DNA of 64,000 bases, taken from Clostridia bacterium (GTDB lineage: Bacteria > Bacillota > Clostridia > Christensenellales > CAG-138). A program made the position numbers and the translations under genes. Location of the stretch: NCBI GenBank assembly GCA_017524445.1, contig JAFXVP010000030.1, positions 8,535 to 72,534 of the forward strand, in the 5' to 3' direction. The notes under the pieces are model-generated. The model searched no databases and was not told the origin of the DNA. It saw only the letters and a list, made by a program, of their open reading frames with translations. Of this stretch, positions 36,745 through 45,814 are shown piece by piece (position 1 is the first letter of the stretch; each line of letters begins with the position of its first letter).

Positions 36745-38129
36745 AACCTGAAATAGATAAAGGGGTTAAAACTCTGCCCGATCAGGAACAGAAGCGAAAC
36801 AACGGCAAGCAGTACGGCGCATACGGCTGACAGCGGCGCAAAGACACGCTCCGCTGCCGGATGCTTTTCCGTAAACCCGGAAACGGCGGGAAGGATCGGC
36901 ATGCCGCATACGAACGCGATCGGCAGAAACAGCGCGTAGCGTTTCAGCACCGTCAGCGTCACGGTATCGATCCATCCGCTCGCCCCGACGCCGAACAGCG
37001 CACCGAGATGTATGCCGGCCGACGACAGATCGGTGTGATAGAACAGCACCCAGCCGATCACGGCAAGCAGGAACGTGCCGAGCCAGAGCAGCGGCTTCGG
37101 GAAGCGTGTCCTGAAGCGGGAAAACTGTTTGTCGATGATCAGCAGCACAAACCAGTATAATCCCCACAGCAAAAAGTTCCACGCGGCGCCGTGCCAGAGC
37201 CCGGTCAATGCCCAGACGATCAGAAGATTCAGGATCGTTCGTGCGCGGCCTTTCCGGTTTCCGCCGAGCGGGATATATACATAATCGCGGAAGAACGTCC
37301 CAAGCGAGATGTGCCAGCGGCGCCAGAACTCCGTGGCGGACAGCGACACATAGGGATACTCGAAATTCTCCCGATAGCGGAATCCGAGCACGCGTCCGAG
37401 CCCGATCGCCATATCGGAGTAAGCGGAAAAATCGTAATAGAGCTGCAGCGTGTACAGCAGCGCGCAAAGCCATGCGCCTGCCACCGAATAGCTTGTGACG
37501 GCCATGCCGGTTTCGAGCGCTTTGCCGCAGATGTTGGCAAGCAGCACCTTCTTTGCAAGTCCGACAAAAAACCGACGCATGCCGTACGCAAAGTCCTCGA
37601 CCGTCGTCGTGCGCGAAGAAAGCGCCTGCTCCACGTCCGCGTACTGTACGATCGGACCCGCGATCAGCTGCGGGAAACAGCTGACATATAAAAGCAGACG
37701 GAACGGATTCTTTTGCTCGGCGACCTTGCCCCGGTAGACGTCGATCGTATAGGTGAGGATCTGGAAGGTGTAAAAGGAGATGCCGATCGGAAGCTTGGGC
37801 GGCGTGAAGGACAGCCCGAGCACCTCGCCGAGCAGAAAGCCCGCGTACTTGAACCAGAACAGCGCTCCGAGCGAAAAGGCAACGCCGAGCGCCAGCCAGA
37901 GCTTTTTGACGGCCGGCCGTTCTGCGCGCACGATCATGTGCGCGCAAAGCGCGTGCAGCATGGTGGAACCGATCAGCAGCAGCACCATGATCGGCTCGCC
38001 CCATGCATAGAAGATCAGGGAAAAAACGACCAAAACGGCGTTGCGCCAGCGAACGCTGCCGCTGATAAAATACAACAGCAGCAGCAGCGGAAGAAACAGT
38101 AACAGAAACGTAAGACCGGAAAAGACCAT
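36741..38129 (-). CDS. MBOAT family O-acyltransferase (AlgI/DltB-like)
   Basis: LPIGISFYTFQ, FPQLIAGPI, DFSAYSDMAIG, EFWRRWHISL, GLWHGA. Confidence 0.95.
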   Translation of the reverse strand: MVFSGLTFLLLFLPLLLLLYFISGSVRWRNAVLVVFSLIFYAWGEPIMVLLLIGSTMLHALCAHMIVRAERPAVKKLWLALGVAFSLGALFWFKYAGFLLGEVLGLSFTPPKLPIGISFYTFQILTYTIDVYRGKVAEQKNPFRLLLYVSCFPQLIAGPIVQYADVEQALSSRTTTVEDFAYGMRRFFVGLAKKVLLANICGKALETGMAVTSYSVAGAWLCALLYTLQLYYDFSAYSDMAIGLGRVLGFRYRENFEYPYVSLSATEFWRRWHISLGTFFRDYVYIPLGGNRKGRARTILNLLIVWALTGLWHGAAWNFLLWGLYWFVLLIIDKQFSRFRTRFPKPLLWLGTFLLAVIGWVLFYHTDLSSAGIHLGALFGVGASGWIDTVTLTVLKRYALFLPIAFVCGMPILPAVSGFTEKHPAAERVFAPLSAVCAVLLAVVSLLFLIGQSFNPFIYFRF

Positions 38130-38379
38130 ACGACCATTCTCCTAACACGGATGGTCACAGTATAGCAGTTTATCCGTGATTCGTCAATTCTCGCGCACAC
38201 TTTACGGAAAAGTGTTTTGTTTTGATTTCAAAACGATCTGCCTGTCGGCATGGATCCGCTGCGCTTACGCTTCATTACATTTGGAAGATCGCACGACGAC
38301 GTGACGTCATCCGGCGCATACAATGCTGCGCCGTGGATTGCACTTGCGGTCATGAATTGCGCAGGCGCATGAATTCTCC

Positions 38380-38408
38380 TTGCAAAACGCGGATGGATAC
38401 CCTATAAT
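38380..38408 (+). promoter_or_regulatory. SigA-type promoter
   Basis: TTGCAA-17 nt-TATAAT. Confidence 0.7.
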
Positions 38409-38447
38409 ATAAATGTATTAATATGCTTATGAAAAGGAGAATGGATT

Positions 38448-39764
38448 ATGTACGAAAACAACATCGGCGTTCTGGTCCCTAACGTGATGCTGCCCCCGAA
38501 GGGCACGGATTTTTCGAAGTGGGCGGTCGTGGCATGCGACCAGTTCACCTCGCAGCCCGAATATTGGGAAGCGGCGCGCAAGTTCATCGGCGACGCGCCC
38601 ACGACCCTCGACCTCTTCTTACCGGAAGCGTTCCTGGGCAAAGAGGGCGAAGCGGAGCGCATTGCGACCATCCGCAAGAACATGCGCGAGTATATGGCAA
38701 AGGGCGTCCTCGAGACCAAGCCGCAGGGCTTCGTGCTTGTGAAGCGCTCCGTCGCGGGAAACACGCGCTGGGGTCTTGTCATGGCGCTGGACCTCGAATG
38801 CTATGATTACAACAAGGGCGCGACGACGCTGATCCGTGCGACCGAGGGCACGATCGTGGAGCGCATTCCCCCGCGTCTCCGCATCCGCGAAGGCGCGCCG
38901 CTCGAGCTTCCGCACATTCTCGTTCTCATCGACGACCCGCAGCGCACGGTCATCGAACCGCTCGCGGCAAAGACGGACGCGCTCGACAAGCTCTATGACA
39001 CCGACCTGATGCTCGACGGCGGGCACATCACCGGCTGGCTCGTGGACGGCGCAAACGACGTGCAGGGCGCGATCGACGCAATGACCGTGCTGACCGACGC
39101 GGACGCGTTCCATGCAAAGTACGGCGATCACGCGCCGCTGCTGTTCGCAATGGGCGACGGCAACCACAGCTTTGCGACCGCAAAGGCGAACTGGGAAAAG
39201 GTCAAGGCGACGCTCACGCCGGAAGAACAGAAGGATCATCCGGCGCGCTACGCGCTCGTCGAGGTCGAGAACGTGCACGACGACGGCATCATCTTTGAGC
39301 CGATCCACCGCGTGCTGTTCGGCGTCGGCGGCATGGAAGGCGCGGAAAAGCTTCTCGCGAAGCTCAAGGCGCAGAATGGCGACGCAAAGATTGTTCTTTC
39401 GGACGACATGCCGAAGGCATCCGGCGGCGAAGTGCACACCATTCCGTTCTGCACGGGCGATATCTTCGGCGCGTTCGTCGTCGAAAAGCCCGCCGCGCAG
39501 CTGGCCGTCGGCACGCTGCAGAACGCGATTGACGCGCTCCTCAAGGAGACCGAGGGCGCGGAGGTCGACTACATCCACGGCGAAGCGGTCGTACGCGATC
39601 TCGCAAGCAAGCCGGATACCATGGGCTTCCTGCTCCCCGCGATGCAGAAGAGCGAGCTGTTCCCGACCGTCGTGTTCGACGGCGCGCTGCCGCGCAAGAC
39701 CTTCTCGATGGGCGAAGCGAACGAAAAGAGATACTACTTGGAGTGCAGAAAGATCGAGAAGTAA
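38448..39764 (+). CDS. DUF1015 family protein
   Basis: KWAVVACDQFTS, IRATEGT, GDGNHS, LPRKTFSMG. Confidence 0.85.
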   Translation: MYENNIGVLVPNVMLPPKGTDFSKWAVVACDQFTSQPEYWEAARKFIGDAPTTLDLFLPEAFLGKEGEAERIATIRKNMREYMAKGVLETKPQGFVLVKRSVAGNTRWGLVMALDLECYDYNKGATTLIRATEGTIVERIPPRLRIREGAPLELPHILVLIDDPQRTVIEPLAAKTDALDKLYDTDLMLDGGHITGWLVDGANDVQGAIDAMTVLTDADAFHAKYGDHAPLLFAMGDGNHSFATAKANWEKVKATLTPEEQKDHPARYALVEVENVHDDGIIFEPIHRVLFGVGGMEGAEKLLAKLKAQNGDAKIVLSDDMPKASGGEVHTIPFCTGDIFGAFVVEKPAAQLAVGTLQNAIDALLKETEGAEVDYIHGEAVVRDLASKPDTMGFLLPAMQKSELFPTVVFDGALPRKTFSMGEANEKRYYLECRKIEK

Positions 39765-39783
39765 CAGGATCTACCGAGCATAA

Positions 39784-39916
39784 GCCTTCCCTTAGAAGGG
39801 GAGGTGGCGAGGAACGAGCCGGAAGGGTTGTCCGCGCCGTGAATTGACCTTGCGGTCATGAATTGCGACTGCGTCGCATGAATTGGCTGCGCCGTGAATT
39901 GCGGGCAAGCCCGCAT
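39784..39916. repeat. REP-like unit followed by a chain of RTGAATT-linked hairpins
   Basis: Four RTGAATT linkers each followed by a different GC hairpin; related copies at 38325-38376 and 54760-54937. Confidence 0.8.
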
Positions 39917-39931
39917 CAAAAAGGAAACCAA

Positions 39932-41245
39932 ATGCTGAAAACCGTCAAGTTCGGCGGAAGCTCCCTTGCCTCCGCCGAACAGTTCCGAAAAGTCAAAGCG
40001 ATCCTTTTACGCGACGCCGCGCGGCGGTACGTGGTGGTGAGCGCGCCCGGAAAACGCTTCAAAGGAGACGACAAGATCACCGACCTCCTCTACCGCTGCC
40101 AGGCATTGCGGGCAAAGGGCGAGCCGTTCGACGCCGAGTATCAAATGATCGCGGACCGATTTGTCGGCATCCGCGACGGGCTCGGTCTCGACGTGTGCAT
40201 CGAGGCGGAGCTTGACGAGATCCGCTCGCGCATCGAGGCGGGCACGACGCCGGACTTTGCCGCAAGCCGCGGCGAATACCTGAACGGCAAGCTTTTGGCC
40301 GCATACCTTGGCTTTGATTTTCTCGACGCGGCGGAGATCATCCGCTTCCGCGACGACGGTACCTTCGACGACGACGCGACAAGCATACGCGCGAGCATTC
40401 TGACGGCGCACGAAAAAGCCGTCATTCCGGGCTTTTACGGACGCACGCGCTCCGGTGCGATCCATACGTTCTCCCGCGGAGGAAGCGACATCACCGGCGC
40501 GATCACAGCTCGGCTGAGCAACAGCGACGTTTACGAAAACTGGACCGACGTTTCCGGCTTTCTCATGACCGATCCGCGCATCGTGCCGGACGCGAAGGTG
40601 ATCGAAACGGTGACGTACTCGGAACTACGCGAGCTCAGCTACATGGGCGCGACGGTGCTGCACGAGGATTCGATCTTCCCGGTCCGGAAGGCGCGCATCC
40701 CGATCCACGTTCTGAACACGAACGATCCGGAAGCGAAGGGCACGATGATCGTGCCGGACAGCATGGCGACCGACAAGGAGCATACGCGCCCGATCACGGG
40801 CATTGCGGGACGGCGCGGGTACACGGTCATCACGCTCACCAAAGACAATCTGCATAACGACCTCGGCTTTTCTTACCGGCTGATGGGAATCCTCGCCCGA
40901 AACGGCATCTCCGCTGAGCGCATGCCCTCCGGCATCGACACGGTCTCACTCGTCATCGACGACAAGCGGCTCACCGGAAAGATGGATCAGCTCTACCACG
41001 ACATCATGATCGAGTGTTCGCCGGACACGGTCGAGATCGCAAGCTGCATCGCGCTGATCGCCTCGGTCGGCATCGGCATGGTGCGCAATCCCGGCGTCGC
41101 CGCAAAGCTGTTCAAATCCCTTTCCGACGCGGACGTCAACACGCGCCTGATCGATCAGGACAGCAACGAAATGAACATCATCATCGGCGTCGAGCAGCGC
41201 GACTTCGAGCGCGCGATCGAAGCGATCTACCGGGCGTTTGCGTAA
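39932..41245 (+). CDS. lysC: Aspartate kinase
   Basis: KFGGSS, VVVSAPG, SRGE, FSRGGSD, WTDVSG, C-terminal ACT domains. Confidence 0.92.
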   Translation: MLKTVKFGGSSLASAEQFRKVKAILLRDAARRYVVVSAPGKRFKGDDKITDLLYRCQALRAKGEPFDAEYQMIADRFVGIRDGLGLDVCIEAELDEIRSRIEAGTTPDFAASRGEYLNGKLLAAYLGFDFLDAAEIIRFRDDGTFDDDATSIRASILTAHEKAVIPGFYGRTRSGAIHTFSRGGSDITGAITARLSNSDVYENWTDVSGFLMTDPRIVPDAKVIETVTYSELRELSYMGATVLHEDSIFPVRKARIPIHVLNTNDPEAKGTMIVPDSMATDKEHTRPITGIAGRRGYTVITLTKDNLHNDLGFSYRLMGILARNGISAERMPSGIDTVSLVIDDKRLTGKMDQLYHDIMIECSPDTVEIASCIALIASVGIGMVRNPGVAAKLFKSLSDADVNTRLIDQDSNEMNIIIGVEQRDFERAIEAIYRAFA

Positions 41246-41329
41246 AAGGCGGGCTGACAGAAGGGCCGTCCCTTAACACGTCTCTTTGACACGCGAAAAA
41301 CAGAAAAAACCCAAATATTATAAAAACCA

Positions 41330-41358
41330 TGTAACATTTCGGCGCGCTCAAATGTCTA
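41330..41358 (+). promoter_or_regulatory. Putative ECF sigma promoter
   Basis: TGTAAC-17 nt-TGTCTA, same layout as the motif upstream of the ECF sigma gene (59533-59560). Confidence 0.55.
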
Positions 41359-41458
41359 TATATCGGAGGGCGTGGAAAAACATATCAATAGAATCATCCC
41401 TTTGATAACGTCCTTTTGACAATACGATAAAATATGCGCGAACAGGGAGGTTTTTCAA

Positions 41459-41950
41459 ATGAAGAAGAGATTCATAGCCATTGCATGTATACTGCTTTTC
41501 ATCACTTTTTCTTTGATGCGTTCAGAAATCACACCGGTTCCTGCGCTCTATATAAACGGGAAAAAGACCGCAATAAAAGATTTGGTTATTGAAGAAGACT
41601 ATGTGATTCTGCCGCTTTATAAGATTCTGGATTCTGTCGGGAAATTAACCCATGCTGATTATAATTCCTATTATGCAACGTGCATATCAGTAAACGGAGC
41701 GCGATACGTTATCAATTTTGCAGGACGCGTGTTAAAAACGGAAGAAGATTTCATTAACAAGACAGACACGCGTGGACTTTTGCCGGTATTCAACAATGAA
41801 AATGGACCGGATACAAATCGATGGTATGATAAAGAGGTGGATATCGGGAATCAGGTTTTTATCAAGCTCATGCAAGATATGGGAATGAATGCATCTGTAG
41901 AGTGGGATTATAAAAAACAAACGGTATATATCCGGACAGATATTTCCTAA
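41459..41950 (+). CDS. AT-rich secreted hypothetical protein (copper-amine-oxidase N-terminal/stalk-like motifs)
   Basis: GGAGG RBS, signal peptide, LYINGK and VEWDYKKQTVYI motifs. Confidence 0.75.
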   Translation: MKKRFIAIACILLFITFSLMRSEITPVPALYINGKKTAIKDLVIEEDYVILPLYKILDSVGKLTHADYNSYYATCISVNGARYVINFAGRVLKTEEDFINKTDTRGLLPVFNNENGPDTNRWYDKEVDIGNQVFIKLMQDMGMNASVEWDYKKQTVYIRTDIS

Positions 41951-42019
41951 AGGTTGTCAAGGCGGAAATGGAGATTATAGAAAGGTGTCAGATTTCTTCT
42001 TGAATTGGGAGGATGTTTT

Positions 42020-42529
42020 ATGAAACGAATCAAAAAAAGATGGATTCTTTTAGGCATACTTTGTTTCTTCATTGTTGCATTTTGCATCAATATGTTTGTC
42101 CTGAAAGTTGTCCTTGCACAACCCAAAACCGCGTTCAAAAGTTGCTTTGGCTTTTCGCTGCCGGAAGGGGCTGAAGTTATAACATGTAAAGTGAAAAGAT
42201 CATTCTACGTCGGTCGACCAAACTATGCTTTTGAGATTAAGCTGACTGAAAAGCAATATGAGGAAATGAAAAACGGTCTTGAACAATATGCAGAGAAGAA
42301 TGAATCGACATGGTCCAAACCGTTAGAGGATGAATTTTTCTCAATATTTACATGGGTATGGCGCGAGGATGGGATTGATTGGAAGGAAACGAATCCAAAG
42401 GAAATCGTTTTTTATGCTGAATCTGGACACTCCATCGGATATGACCTTTCAAAAAACATACACCTTACAACTGTAATGATAACAAAACAAGCCACGGATT
42501 CTTATCGGATGTATGTGATTACTTCATGA
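42020..42529 (+). CDS. AT-rich membrane-anchored hypothetical protein
   Basis: GGAGG RBS before ATG 42020; basic N-terminus plus TM. Confidence 0.75.
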   Translation: MKRIKKRWILLGILCFFIVAFCINMFVLKVVLAQPKTAFKSCFGFSLPEGAEVITCKVKRSFYVGRPNYAFEIKLTEKQYEEMKNGLEQYAEKNESTWSKPLEDEFFSIFTWVWREDGIDWKETNPKEIVFYAESGHSIGYDLSKNIHLTTVMITKQATDSYRMYVITS

Positions 42530-42547
42530 GGAAGTGTCATGAGGGAG

Positions 42548-42643
42548 TGTCAAGGGGACGGTTAGCGTGGGATGAATTCGATATTTCGTCCGCATTCCGT
42601 ATATGTGTCCGCTCGCCGGAGCATGGTTGTTCTCTTGACAACC
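42548..42643. repeat. TGTCAAGGGGACGGTT / GTTCTCTTGACA palindrome split by a ~65 bp insert
   Basis: Both halves match the intact copy at 44455-44479. Confidence 0.75.
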
Positions 42644-42938
42644 ATACTCCGCGTGTGCAGTAAAAGAAAACAAAAAACACAGAGATAAGAATACCCCCGA
42701 AAACGCAGTGTTTTCGGGGGATGGCGTCCTCAGCGCGTTACGGCGCTGCTTTGGATTTGAAGGACAGGGAAGCATGGCGACGCGCGGGAAGCGTGCGACG
42801 GCACCTCTGTAACGAAACGAAGTGAAGTGGACGCCGGCGACACGGCTTCGCCGCCTGTACAAACGCGCGGCGTTCTGCTTGGGAGTCCCGCTGTTGCTGC
42901 CGGGACATTTTAACAGTCCCTTTCGCTTTACACGAAAA

Positions 42939-43490
42939 TTATTTGCCGGTGCTGTTTCCGAGCAGCAAAGTGTTCAGCGACTCGCTGAGAGAGTGATCCC
43001 AGCCTTCTGCCGTATCGCAGATCGAAACGAAGAGCTTATCATTGCCGCCGATCACATTGCTGAGCCTGTTGCCGAACATCTCGGGACCCTTATCCGCGTC
43101 GAGACCGTTCAGGATCTGCATATCGTAGGTGTATTCCTTGCCGTCCTTCTTTGCGTAGACAATATAGGCATAAACGGATTTTTCCGGATCGCCTTCACCC
43201 TCGAACGCGACAACACTGTTCGCGGTAAACGGCACAGCCTTGTTTGCTTCCTTGCCGTCGACCGTGACCTTAAAACCCTTGATTGAATCCGTCACGTGCA
43301 GGTCGAAGTAGATTTCGCCGTCCTTCACAAAGGACAGTTTGTCGACGAACTTCGTATCCTCCTGAACGGCGGCAGCGTTTCCGCTTCCGTTCGGATCAAT
43401 GGGTTCTACGCGCGTTTCTTCGATCTTCGTGCAAGCAAAGACTGAAAGGGACATCACGATGACGAGTAACAATACAACCGGTTTCTTCAT
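42939..43490 (-). CDS. Hypothetical lipoprotein
   Basis: MKK signal peptide with lipobox VFAC; AAGGA RBS. Confidence 0.8.
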   Translation of the reverse strand: MKKPVVLLLVIVMSLSVFACTKIEETRVEPIDPNGSGNAAAVQEDTKFVDKLSFVKDGEIYFDLHVTDSIKGFKVTVDGKEANKAVPFTANSVVAFEGEGDPEKSVYAYIVYAKKDGKEYTYDMQILNGLDADKGPEMFGNRLSNVIGGNDKLFVSICDTAEGWDHSLSESLNTLLLGNSTGK

Positions 43491-43534
43491 TTGTTCTTTC
43501 TCCTTCTGTTTACTGCTTTTATATTACTGCATCC

Positions 43535-44338
43535 TCAGCTCTTTGAGCCGCCGCGCACCTTTATCAGAATCTCCAGTACCCACTGGATGACGCGCAGGAC
43601 TTCAAGAATGAAGTCGCAGATATACGAAATGATGTATGTGTCGAACACCTTCTTCATGACCGCCATTTCGGACTCGTTCGCGAGACCGTATTCGCGGATC
43701 ATTTCAAGCGCAAGCTCGTTCGCCTTCTTTTCGACCGGGATGTTCAGCATCGTCACGATGAAGCCGGCAATCAGCAGCAGACCGCCGAGCGCCATGCCGA
43801 TCATTGTAAACACGCCGCTCGTTTTCATCAGGAACAGATCGATCACAACGCTGAGCAGGATCACCGGGAGGAACAGGAACGGTCCGAAAATTCCGATTAC
43901 AGATAGGCGGTTGCGCAGAAGCGTTGCTCTGTCGCCCTGTTCGCACAGCTTTGCAAGACCCGCCTTCTGCACGGCGAGCGCCGTTGCAGTAACGGACTTC
44001 TTATCGTCAATCTTGAAGAGAATGCTGCGCAGATAGATCGTCTTGGTAAAGACGTTGTAATAATTTCCGAACAGCACGCCGCGGATGACGCCCGCCTTCT
44101 TGACCTTGATGTGCGTGAGCCCGTCCCTGTCAAGCACGAACCGCGCTGCTTCCGCGCCGGTCATGTGAGAAGAGATCGGCATCTTGTTTGCTTTCCAGTA
44201 GCGAACCGCGATGAGAATCTTCATTACGAGAGCAACGATCGCCATGATAACGACGAGCAACGATACGACCAAATACGCGATCGAAAGCGCGTCGTGATTC
44301 ATTACGCCTTCCAAAATTTCCCTTCCGACTTCTTCCAT
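43535..44338 (-). CDS. YugP-like (Zn_peptidase_2) membrane protein lacking HExxH
   Basis: MTGAEAARFVL, NYYN...KTIYL and PVE align to the family; the HEVGH position reads QKAGL. Confidence 0.75.
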   Translation of the reverse strand: MEEVGREILEGVMNHDALSIAYLVVSLLVVIMAIVALVMKILIAVRYWKANKMPISSHMTGAEAARFVLDRDGLTHIKVKKAGVIRGVLFGNYYNVFTKTIYLRSILFKIDDKKSVTATALAVQKAGLAKLCEQGDRATLLRNRLSVIGIFGPFLFLPVILLSVVIDLFLMKTSGVFTMIGMALGGLLLIAGFIVTMLNIPVEKKANELALEMIREYGLANESEMAVMKKVFDTYIISYICDFILEVLRVIQWVLEILIKVRGGSKS

Positions 44339-44419
44339 AGTTTTCTCCCTTTACTTCGATTAATTTTATAGTATAGCATATATACACCTGAATTACAAGG
44401 AATGCGGACACTTTTCTTT

Positions 44420-44480
44420 AGGTTGTCAAGGGGACGAGGTTGTCAAGGGGAGGTTGTCAAGGGGACGGTTCTCTTGACAC
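44420..44480. repeat. Three stuttered AGGTTGTCAAGGGG units ending in the full palindrome
   Basis: AGGTTGTCAAGGGGACG-AGGTTGTCAAGGGG-AGGTTGTCAAGGGGACGGTTCTCTTGACAC. Confidence 0.9.
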
Positions 44481-44505
44481 ATGAAAATGAATTATGGCAA
44501 AGCAA

Positions 44506-44537
44506 AACAGCCGGACCGCGATCGCGGTCCGGCTGTT
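44506..44537 (-). terminator. Terminator hairpin
   Basis: AACAGCCGGACCGCG-AT-CGCGGTCCGGCTGTT downstream of the 44548 gene. Confidence 0.7.
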
Positions 44538-44547
44538 GGTTTTTGGG

Positions 44548-45594
44548 TTATCCGAGCATCCACAGCGCGCGCTGATCGCGGTCGGTCGTGAACACGATCG
44601 CGCCGTCTTCGTTTACGGCAATGTACCGATCGCCGCAGCGGATCGACATGACGTCAAAGCGACCGCCGTCCCGGATGAGCTCCTCCGTTTCGATCACAAG
44701 CTCGCCCGCCTTGAACGGATCGTGCGTGGACTTCGGCGCATCTGCGTCCGAAGCGTCGATATAGAGCTCATTGAACGACAGGCGGCCCATGGTATAGGAA
44801 GGACGCGCAAACGGATCGTCCTTCTTCGTACCGAGGAAAAAGGCGTCCTCCGACGCGGTCAGATAAAACTCGCTGTCCCATGACCCGTTGAACAGCCCCA
44901 GAGGGATATCCATCCAGCCGGGCGTGACGCTTCTGACGCTGTCGCCGTCCCTGCCGTAAATGAAATCCATGACCAGGGCATAGCCGAATTCGTCGCCGAA
45001 TTCAACGGAATAATGCGCCGTCCGCGCCTGTTCCGTCATCGTGATCACCGCCATATCGCCGTTCCACGTCAGCACGAAATCGTTCTGCTGATCCACCGGG
45101 ACCTTCAGCTCGCCGTCCGTCTCGTTTTCCACAAAAACGGACAGATCGGAAAAGCCGGGCCAGTCCGGGAAGGCGATTGTCATATGCGTGCTGTCGATGA
45201 TGTCAAAATCCGGCGAACCGTCGACGTCGGTGCTGTTCCAGCAGAGATTGTCGTATACGATGCGCCGCTTTCCCGCGGGATCCGCATCTTGCGCGTTCGC
45301 TTCGCTTCTGTACGCTGCCCAGTCAAAAACCGGTTCGGACGCGGGCGCCTGCGCTTCCGGCTCGGGTTCCGGCTCTGTCTGTTCGGGTTCCGGCGCGACC
45401 GGTTCGGGCGCGGGTTTTTGCGCCTCCGGCTCGGGCGCGGGCGCTTCCGGCCCGGATACTTCGGTGATCGAAACTTGCTCGGTATCCGCTTTGTTCGGCG
45501 TCTTCTCTTCCGGCGCAACGACGGTGATCTGCACACAGGCAAACAGGCCGCACAGCAACGCGGCGGCCGGCAAAATGATCCATTTCTTTTTCAT
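44548..45594 (-). CDS. Lipoprotein with Pro/Glu-rich linker
   Basis: MKKKW signal peptide, lipobox LFAC, APEPE repeats. Confidence 0.8.
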   Translation of the reverse strand: MKKKWIILPAAALLCGLFACVQITVVAPEEKTPNKADTEQVSITEVSGPEAPAPEPEAQKPAPEPVAPEPEQTEPEPEPEAQAPASEPVFDWAAYRSEANAQDADPAGKRRIVYDNLCWNSTDVDGSPDFDIIDSTHMTIAFPDWPGFSDLSVFVENETDGELKVPVDQQNDFVLTWNGDMAVITMTEQARTAHYSVEFGDEFGYALVMDFIYGRDGDSVRSVTPGWMDIPLGLFNGSWDSEFYLTASEDAFFLGTKKDDPFARPSYTMGRLSFNELYIDASDADAPKSTHDPFKAGELVIETEELIRDGGRFDVMSIRCGDRYIAVNEDGAIVFTTDRDQRALWMLG

Positions 45595-45814
45595 GATGGT
45601 TCCCCCCCGTTTTTTCTGCATTATACCGGCGGGATGTGTTATTTTTGCGTTATAGATGCGTTATTTTTGCGTTATAAGTGTAAAGAAATCATGTACTCCG
45701 GAAAAGCGCAAAAAACCTCCCGTGTGCCGGAAGGATAAGGAGTTTACAGTTATGAGTTCGCCTGTGGCGAACGTTATGATATGATTGCCTTGCCTGCAAA
45801 CTTGCCGCAGGCAA

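Noticed and set aside
39839-39916. Mini-CRISPR (constant repeat, variable spacer)
   Set aside because: The constant part is only 7 nt and the variable parts are 9-14 nt self-complementary hairpins.
41290-42530. Prophage or ICE
   Set aside because: Only two short AT-rich genes; no integrase, phage or conjugation genes, and no tRNA attachment site.
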